From a virus (lineage: Duplodnaviria; Heunggongvirae; Uroviricota; Caudoviricetes), in the IMG/VR virus record IMGVR_UViG_2547132488_000023, positions 1-32,281 of that record: a stretch of 32,281 nt of DNA, one strand, 5' to 3'. Every line of letters begins with the position of its first letter. The stretch's first letter is position 1. Positions 8,343 through 17,564 of the stretch are shown in pieces. Under the pieces are notes generated by a model. The model saw only the letters and a list, made by a program, of their open reading frames with translations, did not search any database and was not told the origin of the DNA. Made by a program: the position numbers and the translations under genes.

Positions 8343-9511
8343 TGGTTTTATTCCAAAATCGAATAATTGGTGCTAAAGAAGTGAACAAAATTTCAGCGGT
8401 GAGCTTATTTACTGGGGCAGGAGGGATGGATGTCGGTTTCTCTAATGCCGGGTTCCGAACAGTTTGGGCCAATGATATAGATAAGGATGCATGTGATACA
8501 TTTAAGCTTAATCATGAATCACCTGTTTTTTGTGGTGATATTGATGAGATGCTAAGTGAATTGTCTGGGCTGAAAAATATAGGTTGTGTTTTTGGTGGGC
8601 CTCCATGCCAAGGATTTTCTGTGGCAGGGAAAATGGACGCTCATGATCCACGTAGTAAGCTGGTTATGTCATTCATGCGGGCGGTGGATATAATTCAACC
8701 AGAATGCTTTGTTATGGAGAATGTTAAGGCTTTAGCACAGTTGTCCAAATTTGAACCAGTTAGGTGTGAACTGTTTAAGATGGCTGAAAAGTCAGGCTAT
8801 CGTTCAGCCTTGCTGGTGCTGAATTCTAAAGATTTTGGCGTTCCTCAGAATAGGGAACGTATGTTTTTTATAGGGTTTCGTTCCGAAAATGATGTGAAAC
8901 AAGTTGAGGTGGCGATAAAAAAATACCAATATCTTTCGCCCACAGTTGGTGAGATTATTCGGCCTTTAGGGCGAGCGGGTAATCCAAACAATTCAAGAGT
9001 CTGTAATGCAAGGATTACAAATGCTGCTAAGCCAGTATTACGGAAGTCACCTTACGCGGGAATGATGTTTAACGGGCAGGGAAGACCAATTAACCCGAAT
9101 GGGTATGCTTCAACTATAGCTGCTTCTATGGGGGGGAATAGGACACCAATTATTGATGAAGAACACCTTTATGATGGCTCAACAAGTTATGTTGAGACTT
9201 ATCATAATCATCTAATGAATGGTGGTGAGCCAAAAGATATGCACGATGTACCTAGTCGTTTACGTCGACTAACGATAGATGAGGCTCTTTTGATTCAAAC
9301 ATTCCCGAGTAATTATGTCTTTGTGGGGAAAAATTCGTCAATTTGGCGTCAGATAGGGAATGCTGTGCCTTGTAAATTGGCGCAGGCTGTTGCTGCAGGG
9401 GTTTTGGATGTCCTTACTGGAAAAACTATTAATGTTCAAAAGAGTCAAACAGAGTTGAGTTTGAATTCGAAAAACGGATCACATTTTCAAACCGATGGAT
9501 GCAGAATTTAA
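8318..9511 (+). CDS. DNA (cytosine-5) methyltransferase (Dcm-like); true start may be the in-frame GTG near 8381
   Basis: Motif I FTGAGGMDVGF, motif IV GGPPCQGFSVAGK, motif VI ENVKAL, motif VIII QNRERMFFIGF, motif X GNAVP; variable region between VIII and IX. Confidence 0.9.
   Translation: MCVDPYLSLVLFQNRIIGAKEVNKISAVSLFTGAGGMDVGFSNAGFRTVWANDIDKDACDTFKLNHESPVFCGDIDEMLSELSGLKNIGCVFGGPPCQGFSVAGKMDAHDPRSKLVMSFMRAVDIIQPECFVMENVKALAQLSKFEPVRCELFKMAEKSGYRSALLVLNSKDFGVPQNRERMFFIGFRSENDVKQVEVAIKKYQYLSPTVGEIIRPLGRAGNPNNSRVCNARITNAAKPVLRKSPYAGMMFNGQGRPINPNGYASTIAASMGGNRTPIIDEEHLYDGSTSYVETYHNHLMNGGEPKDMHDVPSRLRRLTIDEALLIQTFPSNYVFVGKNSSIWRQIGNAVPCKLAQAVAAGVLDVLTGKTINVQKSQTELSLNSKNGSHFQTDGCRI
8343..8380. 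promoter_or_regulatory. Divergent control region of the R-M cassette with palindrome TTATTC-N7-GAATAA (8348-8366); candidate C-box/operator
   Basis: Perfect 6-bp inverted repeat with 7-bp spacer between the divergent C-R and M genes; tandem GATT repeats just upstream at about 8310-8325. Confidence 0.35.
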
Positions 9512-9628
9512 CATTGCTGCATGAGTTTGCATCTTGAAATCATAAGTTGTACTGCTTGGCTTGACCAGAATTGATGTGGGTAAGAAGTGGTTATGCACCC
9601 GCATTAAAACCGACCCATGAAGCGGGCG

Positions 9629-9647
9629 GGCGAGGCGGGGAAAGCAC
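9629..9647. other. cos: cos site: 19-nt P2-type cohesive end GGCGAGGCGGGGAAAGCAC
   Basis: Exact 19-mer I recall as the P2/186 cohesive end, in the expected place between the old-locus equivalent and the portal gene. Confidence 0.7.
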
Positions 9648-9789
9648 TGCGCGCTGGCGGTGGTGCTGATTTTATTTTTTCAGCGTCTGAGCGCGTCGTG
9701 ATGGCGTTTAGTCGGCCTGCCGGGGCGTTGGTGTGTCTGCGGGGTGTTTTGTACAGTGGCGAACGTGTGAGGGCGTGATGACGGGGTGT

Positions 9790-9811
9790 AAAAAAGCCGC
9801 CCGCAGGCGGC
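9790..9811 (-). terminator. Rho-independent terminator downstream of portal gene Q
   Basis: GCCGCC-cgca-GGCGGC hairpin (9796-9811) followed on the minus strand by a U6 run (plus-strand AAAAAA 9790-9795), immediately after the Q stop. Confidence 0.55.
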
Positions 9812-9816
9812 GATGT

Positions 9817-10851
9817 TCAGCCGTTGTCAGTGTCCAGTGAGTAGTTTTTAAATCGGATGACCTCCTGACCGAGCCAGCCGTTTATCTCGCGGATCCTGTC
9901 CTGTAACGGGATAAGCTCATTGCGGACAAAGACCTTTGCTACTTTCTCAATATCGCCCAGCGACCCGACGTTCTCCGGTTTGCCGCCCATCAACTGAAAG
10001 GGGATGCGGTGCGCGTCCAGCAGGTCTGCGGCACTGGCTTTTTTGATATTAAAAAAATCGTCCTTCGTCGCCACTTCACTGAGCGGGATAATTTTAATGC
10101 CGTCGGCTTTTCCCTGCGGGGCATAGAGAAACAGGTTTTTAAAGTTGTTGCGGCCTTTCGATTTCACCATGTTTTCGCGAAGCATTTCGATATCGTTGCG
10201 ATCCTGCACGGCATCGGTGACGTACATGATGTATCCGGCATGTGCGCCGTTTTCGTAATACTTGCGGCGGAACAGCGTGGCCGACTCATTCAGCCAGGCA
10301 GAGTTAAGGGCGCTGAGATATTCCGGCAGGCCGTACAGCTCCTGATTAATATCCGGCTCCAGCAGGTGAAACACGGAGCCGGGCGCGAAAGGTGTCGGCT
10401 CGTTGAAGGACGGCACCCACCAGTAAACATCCTCTTCCACGCCACGGCGGGTATATTTTGCCGGTGAGGTTTCCAGTCTGATGACCTTACCGGTGGTGCT
10501 GTAACGCTTTTCCAGAAACGCATTACCGAACACCAGAAAATCCAGCACAAAGCGGCTGAAATCCTGCTGGGAAAGGCACGGGTGCGGGATAAACGTTGAA
10601 GCCAGAATATTACGTTTGACGTAAATCGGTGAGCTGTGATGCACGGCAGCACGCAGGCTTTTTGCCAGACCGGTAAAGCTGACCGGTGGCTCATACCATC
10701 TGCCGTTACTGATGCACTCGACGTAATCCAGAATGTCACGGCGGTCGAGTACCGGCACCGGCTCGCCAAAGGTGAATGCCTCCATTTTCGGGGCGCTGGC
10801 GGTCATTGTTTTTGCCGCAGGTCGCGGTGTTTTCCCTTTTTTCTTGCTCAT
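9817..10851 (-). CDS. Q: Portal protein (P2 gpQ)
   Basis: 344 aa, same length as P2 Q; first gene next to cos, transcribed leftward with P. Confidence 0.9.
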   Translation of the reverse strand: MSKKKGKTPRPAAKTMTASAPKMEAFTFGEPVPVLDRRDILDYVECISNGRWYEPPVSFTGLAKSLRAAVHHSSPIYVKRNILASTFIPHPCLSQQDFSRFVLDFLVFGNAFLEKRYSTTGKVIRLETSPAKYTRRGVEEDVYWWVPSFNEPTPFAPGSVFHLLEPDINQELYGLPEYLSALNSAWLNESATLFRRKYYENGAHAGYIMYVTDAVQDRNDIEMLRENMVKSKGRNNFKNLFLYAPQGKADGIKIIPLSEVATKDDFFNIKKASAADLLDAHRIPFQLMGGKPENVGSLGDIEKVAKVFVRNELIPLQDRIREINGWLGQEVIRFKNYSLDTDNG

Positions 10852-12623
10852 CAGTAAAACTCCAGAATGGTGGATGTCAGTGGGGTGCTGATACCGGCGG
10901 TGAGTGGCTCATTTAACAGGGCGTGCATGGTCGCCCAGGCGAGGTCGGCGTGGCTGGCTTCCTCGCTGCGGCTGGCCTCATAGGTGGCGCTGCGTCCGCT
11001 GCTGGTCATGGTCTTGCGGATAGCCATAAACGAGCTGGTGATGTCGGTGGCGCTGACGTCATATTCCAGACAGCCACGGCGGATAACGTCTTTTGCCTTG
11101 AGCACCATTGCGGTTTTCATTTCCGGTGTGTAGCGGATATCGCGCGCGGCAGGATAGAACGAGCGCACGAGCTGGAACACGCCGACACCGAGGCCGGTGG
11201 CATCAATACCGATGTATTCGACGTTATATTTTTCGGTGAGTTTGCGGATGGATTCAGCCTGGGTGGCAAAGTCCATGCCTTTCCACTGGTGACGCTCAAG
11301 TATTCTGAATTTGCCACCGACCACCACCGGCGGTGCCAGTACCACGCATCCGGCGCTGTCGCCACGGTGTGACGGGTCGTAACCAATCCATACCGGACGT
11401 GAGCCGAACGGATTGGCGGCAAAGGGTGCATAGTCTTCCCATTCTTCCAGCGTGTCGACCATGCAGCGTTGCAGCTCCTCGAACGGGAACACCGATGCCT
11501 TGTCGTCAACAAATTCACACATGAACAGGTTTTTAAAATCGTCGGCGCTGTTTTCGCGTTTGAGCTGCTCAATGTCGAACAGCGTGCAGCCGCCTTTCAG
11601 GGCGTCCTCAATGGTGACAATCTGCCGCCACTGGCCGTCCGCACAGAGAAGACCTCCGGCAAGGGCGTTATGACTGACGTCGATTTCCACGCGTTCGGCG
11701 GCGCTGGCGCGTCCCCGGTTGAACAGTTCACCCGACCAGAACGGGTAGGCGTCGTGCGCCAGCGTGGACGGGGTGGAGAAATAGGTCGAGCGCAGGTGGC
11801 TCTGTGAGGCCATACCTGATGCCACCTTACGCAGTACCTGAAAATTCGGGATCCAGAAAATCTCATCGACGTACAGGTCGCCGTTATGGCTCTGTGCGGT
11901 GTTGGAGTTGGTGCCGAGAAAAATCAGTTTTGCGCCGTTATTGCCCAGGACAATCGGGTCACCGGTCAGGTCAACGTCAACCAGACGGGCAAAGGCGATG
12001 ATGTATTCACGGAACACATACGCCTGCGTTTTACTGGCCGACAGAAAAATCTGGTTATGGCCGGTTTTCAGGGCGCGCAGCAGCGCCTCGCGGGAAAAAT
12101 AAAACGTCGCGCCAATCTGGCGGGATTTCAGGATATCGCGGATGCGGTGCTCAAGCCCGGCGCGATACCAGTGCAACTGATAGTCGAAAGACTGCTCAAA
12201 GAAAATCTGCTCCAGCTTTTCGATGGCCTCGTCACTGAAAAAATTCTTTTTCGGTTTGCGCCGCCCGCCTTTGTTGCGGTTAGCGACGTTCGGATTAAGG
12301 TCTGCCTCGTTGCCGGTCTGACTGTAACGGTTTACCCGTGCCAGTCGTTCAATCTGACGTCCCAGCAGGTCAATTTCCTTGAAGTCACCGCCGGTTTTCT
12401 GCGGTTTGATGATGAGCTGGGTCAGCCGCGCTTCCAGACTCATTTCGACACGGCTGATGGGGGCAACACTGTCCCAGCCGTCGCGCTGTTTCCAGCTCTG
12501 CACCGTCGGGCGTTTCATCTGCAACATGGCGGAAATCTGCGGCACGGAAAACCCCTGCCAGTACAGCAGCGCCGCCTGACGACGCGGGTCGTGTAAAAGA
12601 GTGGTGTCTGTGGTGATGGTCAT
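10851..12623 (-). CDS. P: Terminase large (ATPase) subunit (P2 gpP); ORF extends to 12653 but ATG at 12623 has a GAGG 6 nt upstream
   Basis: About 590 aa starting MTITTDTTLLHDP; position adjacent to portal; matches P2 gpP. Confidence 0.88.
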   Translation of the reverse strand: MTITTDTTLLHDPRRQAALLYWQGFSVPQISAMLQMKRPTVQSWKQRDGWDSVAPISRVEMSLEARLTQLIIKPQKTGGDFKEIDLLGRQIERLARVNRYSQTGNEADLNPNVANRNKGGRRKPKKNFFSDEAIEKLEQIFFEQSFDYQLHWYRAGLEHRIRDILKSRQIGATFYFSREALLRALKTGHNQIFLSASKTQAYVFREYIIAFARLVDVDLTGDPIVLGNNGAKLIFLGTNSNTAQSHNGDLYVDEIFWIPNFQVLRKVASGMASQSHLRSTYFSTPSTLAHDAYPFWSGELFNRGRASAAERVEIDVSHNALAGGLLCADGQWRQIVTIEDALKGGCTLFDIEQLKRENSADDFKNLFMCEFVDDKASVFPFEELQRCMVDTLEEWEDYAPFAANPFGSRPVWIGYDPSHRGDSAGCVVLAPPVVVGGKFRILERHQWKGMDFATQAESIRKLTEKYNVEYIGIDATGLGVGVFQLVRSFYPAARDIRYTPEMKTAMVLKAKDVIRRGCLEYDVSATDITSSFMAIRKTMTSSGRSATYEASRSEEASHADLAWATMHALLNEPLTAGISTPLTSTILEFY

Positions 12624-12796
12624 GAATACCTCGCCGTGATGAATACACGGCAAGGCTACTGAGTCGCGCCCCGCGATTCGCTAAGGTGCTGTTGTGTCAG
12701 TGATAAGCCATCCGGGACTGATGGCGGAGGATGCGCATCGTCGGGAAACTGATGCCGACATGTGACTCCTCTAATCACTATTCAGGACTCCTGACA
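12624..12796. promoter_or_regulatory. Divergent late promoter region for the Q-P and O-N-M-L operons (Ogr-dependent, by analogy with P2)
   Basis: 173-bp non-coding gap between divergent P and O starts; equivalent to P2 PP/PO region. Confidence 0.5.
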
Positions 12797-13651
12797 ATGG
12801 CAAAAAAAGTCTCAAAATTCTTTCGTATCGGCGTTGAGGGTGACACCTGTGACGGGCGTGTCATCAGTGCGCAGGATATTCAGGAAATGGCCGAAACCTT
12901 TGACCCGCGAGTCTATGGTTGCCGCATTAACCTGGAACATCTGCGCGGCATCCTGCCTGACGGTATTTTTAAACGTTATGGCGATGTGGCCGAACTGAAG
13001 GCCGAAAAGATTGACGATGATTCGGCGCTGAAAGGCAAATGGGCGCTGTTTGCGAAAATCACCCCGACCGATGACCTTATCGCGATGAACAAGGCCGCGC
13101 AGAAGGTCTATACCTCAATGGAAATTCAGCCGAACTTTGCCAACACCGGCAAATGTTATCTGGTGGGGCTGGCCGTCACCGATGACCCGGCAAGCCTCGG
13201 CACGGAATACCTGGAATTCTGCCGCACGGCAAAACACAACCCCCTGAACCGCTTCAAATTAAGCCCTGAAAACCTGATTTCAGTGGCAACGCCCGTTGAG
13301 CTGGAATTTGAAGACCTGCCTGAAACCGTGTTCACCGCCCTGACCGAAAAGGTGAAATCCATTTTTGGCCGCAAACAGGCCAGCGATGACGCCCGTCTGA
13401 ATGACGTGCATGAAGCGGTGACCGCTGTTGCTGAGCATGTGCAGGAAAAACTGAGCGCCACTGAACAGCGCCTCGCTGAGATGGAAACCGCCTTTTCTGC
13501 ACTTAAGCAGGAGGTGACTGACAGGGCGGATGAAACCAGCCAGGCATTCACCCGCCTGAAAAACAGTCTCGACAACACCGAAAGTCTGACCCAGCAGCGC
13601 CGCAGCAAGGCCACCGGTGGTGGCGGTGACGCCCTGATGACGAACTGCTGA
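12797..13651 (+). CDS. O: Capsid scaffold protein (P2 gpO)
   Basis: 284 aa from MAKKVSKFFRIGVEG (internal start of the 12731 ORF); matches P2 gpO length and N-terminus as I recall it. Confidence 0.85.
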   Translation: MAKKVSKFFRIGVEGDTCDGRVISAQDIQEMAETFDPRVYGCRINLEHLRGILPDGIFKRYGDVAELKAEKIDDDSALKGKWALFAKITPTDDLIAMNKAAQKVYTSMEIQPNFANTGKCYLVGLAVTDDPASLGTEYLEFCRTAKHNPLNRFKLSPENLISVATPVELEFEDLPETVFTALTEKVKSIFGRKQASDDARLNDVHEAVTAVAEHVQEKLSATEQRLAEMETAFSALKQEVTDRADETSQAFTRLKNSLDNTESLTQQRRSKATGGGGDALMTNC

Positions 13652-13709
13652 CCGGCGTCAGTCAGTCCGGGAAAACCTTCACGATTACCCCTTAATTTCA
13701 GGAACAAAT

Positions 13710-14783
13710 ATGCGCCAGGAAACCCGTTTTAAATTTAATGCTTACCTGTCCCGTGTTGCCGAACTGAACGGCATCGACGCCGGTGATGTGTCGAAAAAAT
13801 TCACCGTTGAACCGTCGGTCACCCAGACCCTGATGAACACCATGCAGGAGTCATCTGACTTTCTGACCCGCATCAACATTGTGCCGGTCAGCGAAATGAA
13901 AGGGGAAAAAATTGGTATCGGTGTCACCGGCCCCATTGCCAGCACCACCGACACCGCCGGTGGCACCGAGCGTCAGCCGAAGGACTTCTCGAAGCTGGCG
14001 TCCAACAAGTACGAATGCGACCAGGTTAACTTCGATTTTTATATCCGCTACAAAACGCTGGACCTGTGGGCGCGTTATCAGGATTTCCAGCTCCGTATCC
14101 GTAACGCCATTATCAAACGCCAGTCCCTTGATTTCATCATGGCCGGTTTTAACGGCGTGAAGCGTGCCGAAACCTCTGACCGCAGCAGTAACCCGATGCT
14201 GCAGGATGTGGCGGTCGGCTGGCTGCAGAAATACCGCAATGAAGCCCCGGCGCGCGTGATGAGCAAGGTCACTGACGAGGAAGGCCGCACCACCTCTGAG
14301 GTCATCCGCGTGGGTAAGGGCGGTGATTATGTAAGCCTCGATGCACTGGTGATGGATGCGACCAACAACCTGATTGAGCCGTGGTATCAGGAAGACCCTG
14401 ACCTTGTGGTGATTGTGGGGCGTCAGCTACTGGCGGACAAGTATTTCCCCATCGTCAACAAGGAGCAGGACAACAGCGAAATGCTGGCCGCTGACGTCAT
14501 CATCAGCCAGAAACGCATCGGCAACCTGCCAGCGGTACGCGTCCCGTACTTCCCGGCGGATGCGATGCTCATCACGAAGCTGGAAAACCTGTCCATCTAC
14601 TACATGGATGACAGCCATCGCCGCGTGATTGAGGAAAACCCGAAACTCGACCGCGTGGAGAACTACGAGTCAATGAACATTGATTACGTGGTGGAGGACT
14701 ACGCCGCCGGTTGTCTGGTGGAAAAAATTAAGGTCGGTGATTTCTCCACACCGGCTAAGGCGACCGCAGAGCCGGGAGCGTAA
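13710..14783 (+). CDS. N: Major capsid protein (P2 gpN)
   Basis: 357 aa, same as P2 N; follows scaffold gene. Confidence 0.9.
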   Translation: MRQETRFKFNAYLSRVAELNGIDAGDVSKKFTVEPSVTQTLMNTMQESSDFLTRINIVPVSEMKGEKIGIGVTGPIASTTDTAGGTERQPKDFSKLASNKYECDQVNFDFYIRYKTLDLWARYQDFQLRIRNAIIKRQSLDFIMAGFNGVKRAETSDRSSNPMLQDVAVGWLQKYRNEAPARVMSKVTDEEGRTTSEVIRVGKGGDYVSLDALVMDATNNLIEPWYQEDPDLVVIVGRQLLADKYFPIVNKEQDNSEMLAADVIISQKRIGNLPAVRVPYFPADAMLITKLENLSIYYMDDSHRRVIEENPKLDRVENYESMNIDYVVEDYAAGCLVEKIKVGDFSTPAKATAEPGA

Positions 14784-14786
14784 CCG

Positions 14787-15530
14787 ATGACGAGTCCCGC
14801 ACAGCGCCACATGATGCGGGTCTCGGCAGCGATGACCGCGCAGCGGGAAGCCGCCCCGCTGCGACATGCAACTGTCTATGAGCAGATGCTGGTCAAGCTG
14901 GCCGCAGACCAGCGCACACTGAAAGCGATTTATTCAAAAGAGCTGAAGGCCGCGAAAAAACGCGAACTGCTGCCGTTCTGGTTGCCGTGGGTGAACGGCG
15001 TGCTGGAGCAGGGCAAAGGTGCACAGGATGACATTCTGATGACGGTCATGCTGTGGCGTCTGGATACCGGCGATATTGCCGGTGCGCTGGAGATTGCCCG
15101 TTATACCCTGAAGTACGGTCTGACCATGCCGGGTAAACACCGCCGCCCCCCGCCGTACATGTTCACCGAGGAGGTGGCGCTCGCGGCCATGCGCGCTCAC
15201 GCTGCCGGTGAGTCTGTGGATACCCGCCTGCTGACGGAGACCCTTGAACTGACCGCCACGGCTGACATGCCTGATGAAGTGCGCGCAAAGCTGCACAAAA
15301 TCACCGGTCTGTTTCTGCGTGACGCTGGTGATGCCGCAGGTGCGCTGGCGCACCTGCAACGTGCGACACAGCTCGACTGTCAGGCAGGCGTCAAAAAAGA
15401 GATTGAACGACTGGAGCGGGAACTGAAACCGAAGCCGGAGCCACAGCCAAAAGCGGCCACCCGCGCCCCGCGTAAGACCCGGAGTGCGACACCGGCAAAA
15501 CGTGGACGCCCGAAAAAGAAAGCCAGTTAA
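14787..15530 (+). CDS. M: Terminase small (endonuclease) subunit (P2 gpM)
   Basis: 247 aa; basic lysine/arginine-rich C-terminus; position after N. Confidence 0.85.
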   Translation: MTSPAQRHMMRVSAAMTAQREAAPLRHATVYEQMLVKLAADQRTLKAIYSKELKAAKKRELLPFWLPWVNGVLEQGKGAQDDILMTVMLWRLDTGDIAGALEIARYTLKYGLTMPGKHRRPPPYMFTEEVALAAMRAHAAGESVDTRLLTETLELTATADMPDEVRAKLHKITGLFLRDAGDAAGALAHLQRATQLDCQAGVKKEIERLERELKPKPEPQPKAATRAPRKTRSATPAKRGRPKKKAS

Positions 15531-15629
15531 CAACCGAATGCGCCCCGCGCCAGGGCGGCACGCCGGTCAGTGAGGGTGAATCACCTGACACTGCACCAGC
15601 GTCCACCGCCCGACTTTTCAGAGGTAGTC

Positions 15630-16139
15630 ATGATGACGCTGATTATTCCGCGAAAGGAGGCTCCCGTGTCCGGTGAGGGTACGGTGGTCATCCCGCAACC
15701 GGCAGGCGACGAGCCGGTGATTAAAAACACGTTCTTTTTTCCTGATATCGACCCGAAGCGCGTCCGGGAACGTATGCGCCTTGAGCAGACCGTCGCCCCC
15801 GCCCGTCTGCGTGAGGCCATCAAGTCAGGCATGGCGGAAACAAATGCGGAGCTGTACGAGTACCGCGAACAGAAAATTGCCGCCGGTTTTACGCGTCTGG
15901 CGGACGTTCCGGCAGACGATATCGACGGTGAAAGCATCAAAGTTTTTTACTACGAGCGCGCCGTGTGTGCGATGGCGACCGCGTCGCTTTATGAGCGTTA
16001 TCGCGGCGTGGATGCCAGTGCGAAAGGCGACAAGAAGGCCGACAGCATTGACAGCACCATTGATGAGCTGTGGCGGGATATGCGCTGGGCAGTGGCGCGC
16101 ATCCAGGACAAGCCGCGCTGCATCGTGAGTCAAATCTGA
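15630..16139 (+). CDS. L: Head completion/stabilisation protein (P2 gpL)
   Basis: 169 aa from MMTLIIPRKE with GAGG at 15621-15624; ORF extends upstream to 15570. Confidence 0.8.
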   Translation: MMTLIIPRKEAPVSGEGTVVIPQPAGDEPVIKNTFFFPDIDPKRVRERMRLEQTVAPARLREAIKSGMAETNAELYEYREQKIAAGFTRLADVPADDIDGESIKVFYYERAVCAMATASLYERYRGVDASAKGDKKADSIDSTIDELWRDMRWAVARIQDKPRCIVSQI

Positions 16140-16342
16140 TGAAGACCTTTGCGCTACAGGGCGACACGCTCGACGCCATTTGTGTCCGGTATTACGGGCG
16201 CACTGAGGGCGTGGTCGGGGCCGTGCTCGCCGCAAATCCGGGACTGGCTGAACTGGGTGTGGTGCTGCCACACGGCACCGCCGTCGAACTGCCCGACGTT
16301 CAGACCGCGCCCGTGGCTGAAACTGTCAATCTGTGGGAGTAA
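16139..16342 (+). CDS. X: Tail protein X (small LysM-like protein)
   Basis: 67 aa from MKTFALQGDTLDAICVRYYG; start overlaps L stop (ATGA). Confidence 0.7.
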   Translation: MKTFALQGDTLDAICVRYYGRTEGVVGAVLAANPGLAELGVVLPHGTAVELPDVQTAPVAETVNLWE

Positions 16343-16345
16343 CGC

Positions 16346-16627
16346 ATGACAGCAGAAGAAAAAAGCGTCCTGTCGCTTTTCATGATTGGGGTGCTGATTG
16401 TTGTCGGCAAGGTGCTTGCCGGTGGTGAACCCATTACCCCGCGTCTGTTTATCGGGCGCATGTTGCTCGGTGGTTTTGTCTCGATGGTTGCCGGTGTTGT
16501 TCTGGTGCAGTTCCCTGACCTGTCACTGCCTGCGGTGTGCGGCATCGGCTCCATGCTGGGTATCGCCGGTTATCAGGTGATTGAGATTGCCATTCAGCGC
16601 CGTTTTAAGGGCAGGAGGAAACAGTAA
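16346..16627 (+). CDS. Y: Holin (P2 gpY)
   Basis: 93 aa with hydrophobic membrane segments; first gene of lysis cassette. Confidence 0.8.
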   Translation: MTAEEKSVLSLFMIGVLIVVGKVLAGGEPITPRLFIGRMLLGGFVSMVAGVVLVQFPDLSLPAVCGIGSMLGIAGYQVIEIAIQRRFKGRRKQ

Positions 16628-17124
16628 TGCCGGTAATTAACACGCATCAGAATATCGCCGCCTTTCTCGACATGCTGGCCGTGTCCGAAGGGACGGCGAA
16701 TCATCCGCTGACGAAAAACCGGGGCTATGACGTGATAGTCACCGGACTGGACGGGAAGCCGGAAATCTTCACCGACTACAGTGACCACCCGTTCGCACAT
16801 GGCCGACCGGCGAAGGTGTTTAACCGTCGCGGTGAAAAATCCACGGCCTCCGGTCGTTATCAGCAGCTTTACCTGTTCTGGCCGCATTACCGCAAACAGC
16901 TTGCCCTGCCGGATTTCAGTCCGTTGTCACAGGACAGACTTGCCATTCAGTTGATCCGCGAACGCGGTGCACTGGATGACATCCGGGCGGGACGCATTGA
17001 GCGCGCCATTTCACGCTGTCGCAATATCTGGGCGTCCCTGCCGGGTGCCGGTTACGGTCAGCGTGAGCATTCACTGGAAAAACTGGTCACCGTCTGGCGT
17101 ACCGCTGGCGGCGTACCGGCTTAA
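16627..17124 (+). CDS. K: Endolysin (P2 gpK, lysozyme-like)
   Basis: 165 aa following holin; matches P2 K size. Confidence 0.85.
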   Translation: MPVINTHQNIAAFLDMLAVSEGTANHPLTKNRGYDVIVTGLDGKPEIFTDYSDHPFAHGRPAKVFNRRGEKSTASGRYQQLYLFWPHYRKQLALPDFSPLSQDRLAIQLIRERGALDDIRAGRIERAISRCRNIWASLPGAGYGQREHSLEKLVTVWRTAGGVPA

Positions 17125-17138
17125 ACGGAGTAAACACC

Positions 17139-17564
17139 ATGAAGAAATTATCCCTTTCACTGATGCTGAACGTGTCGCTGGCGCTGATGCTGGCACTGTC
17201 CCTGATTTACCCGCAGAGCGTGGCCGTCAGTTTTGTCGCCACCTGGGCGATTCTGGCGACGGTTATCTGTGTGGTTGCCGGTGGTGTCGGCGTGTATGCC
17301 ACTGAGTATGTACTGGAACGCTACGGACGGGAGCTGCCGCCGGAATCGCTGGCCGTGAAGATTGTCACGTCGCTGTTTTTGCAGCCGGTGCCGTGGCGCA
17401 GACGGGCAGTAGCTCTGGTGGTGATGGTGGCGACATTTATCTCGCTGGTCGCTGCCGGGTGGATTTTTACCGCGCTGATTTATCTCGTGGCATCGGTGTT
17501 CTTCCGGCTGATACGTACGGCCTGCCGTCAGCGTTTTGAGGGGCGGGAACCATGTCAAGGCTGA
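17139..17564 (+). CDS. lysA: Lysis timing membrane protein LysA
   Basis: 141 aa, multiple hydrophobic helices; position after K. Confidence 0.7.
   Translation: MKKLSLSLMLNVSLALMLALSLIYPQSVAVSFVATWAILATVICVVAGGVGVYATEYVLERYGRELPPESLAVKIVTSLFLQPVPWRRRAVALVVMVATFISLVAAGWIFTALIYLVASVFFRLIRTACRQRFEGREPCQG

Noticed and set aside
6995-9511. Alternative reading of the cassette as an HTH-antitoxin plus toxin pair with an unrelated orphan methyltransferase
   Set aside because: Not excluded, but divergent M against overlapping C-R is the canonical C-controlled R-M layout, so R-M is the more parsimonious call; recorded as the main alternative in the finding.
10009-12648. Numerous 60-236-aa ORFs antisense or out of frame within the portal and terminase genes (e.g. 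10009-10467, 10290-10769, 10923-11372, 11886-12596)
   Set aside because: They lie entirely inside long conserved structural genes on the opposite strand or in alternate frames of GC-rich sequence, with no ribosome-binding sites; typical spurious ORFs.
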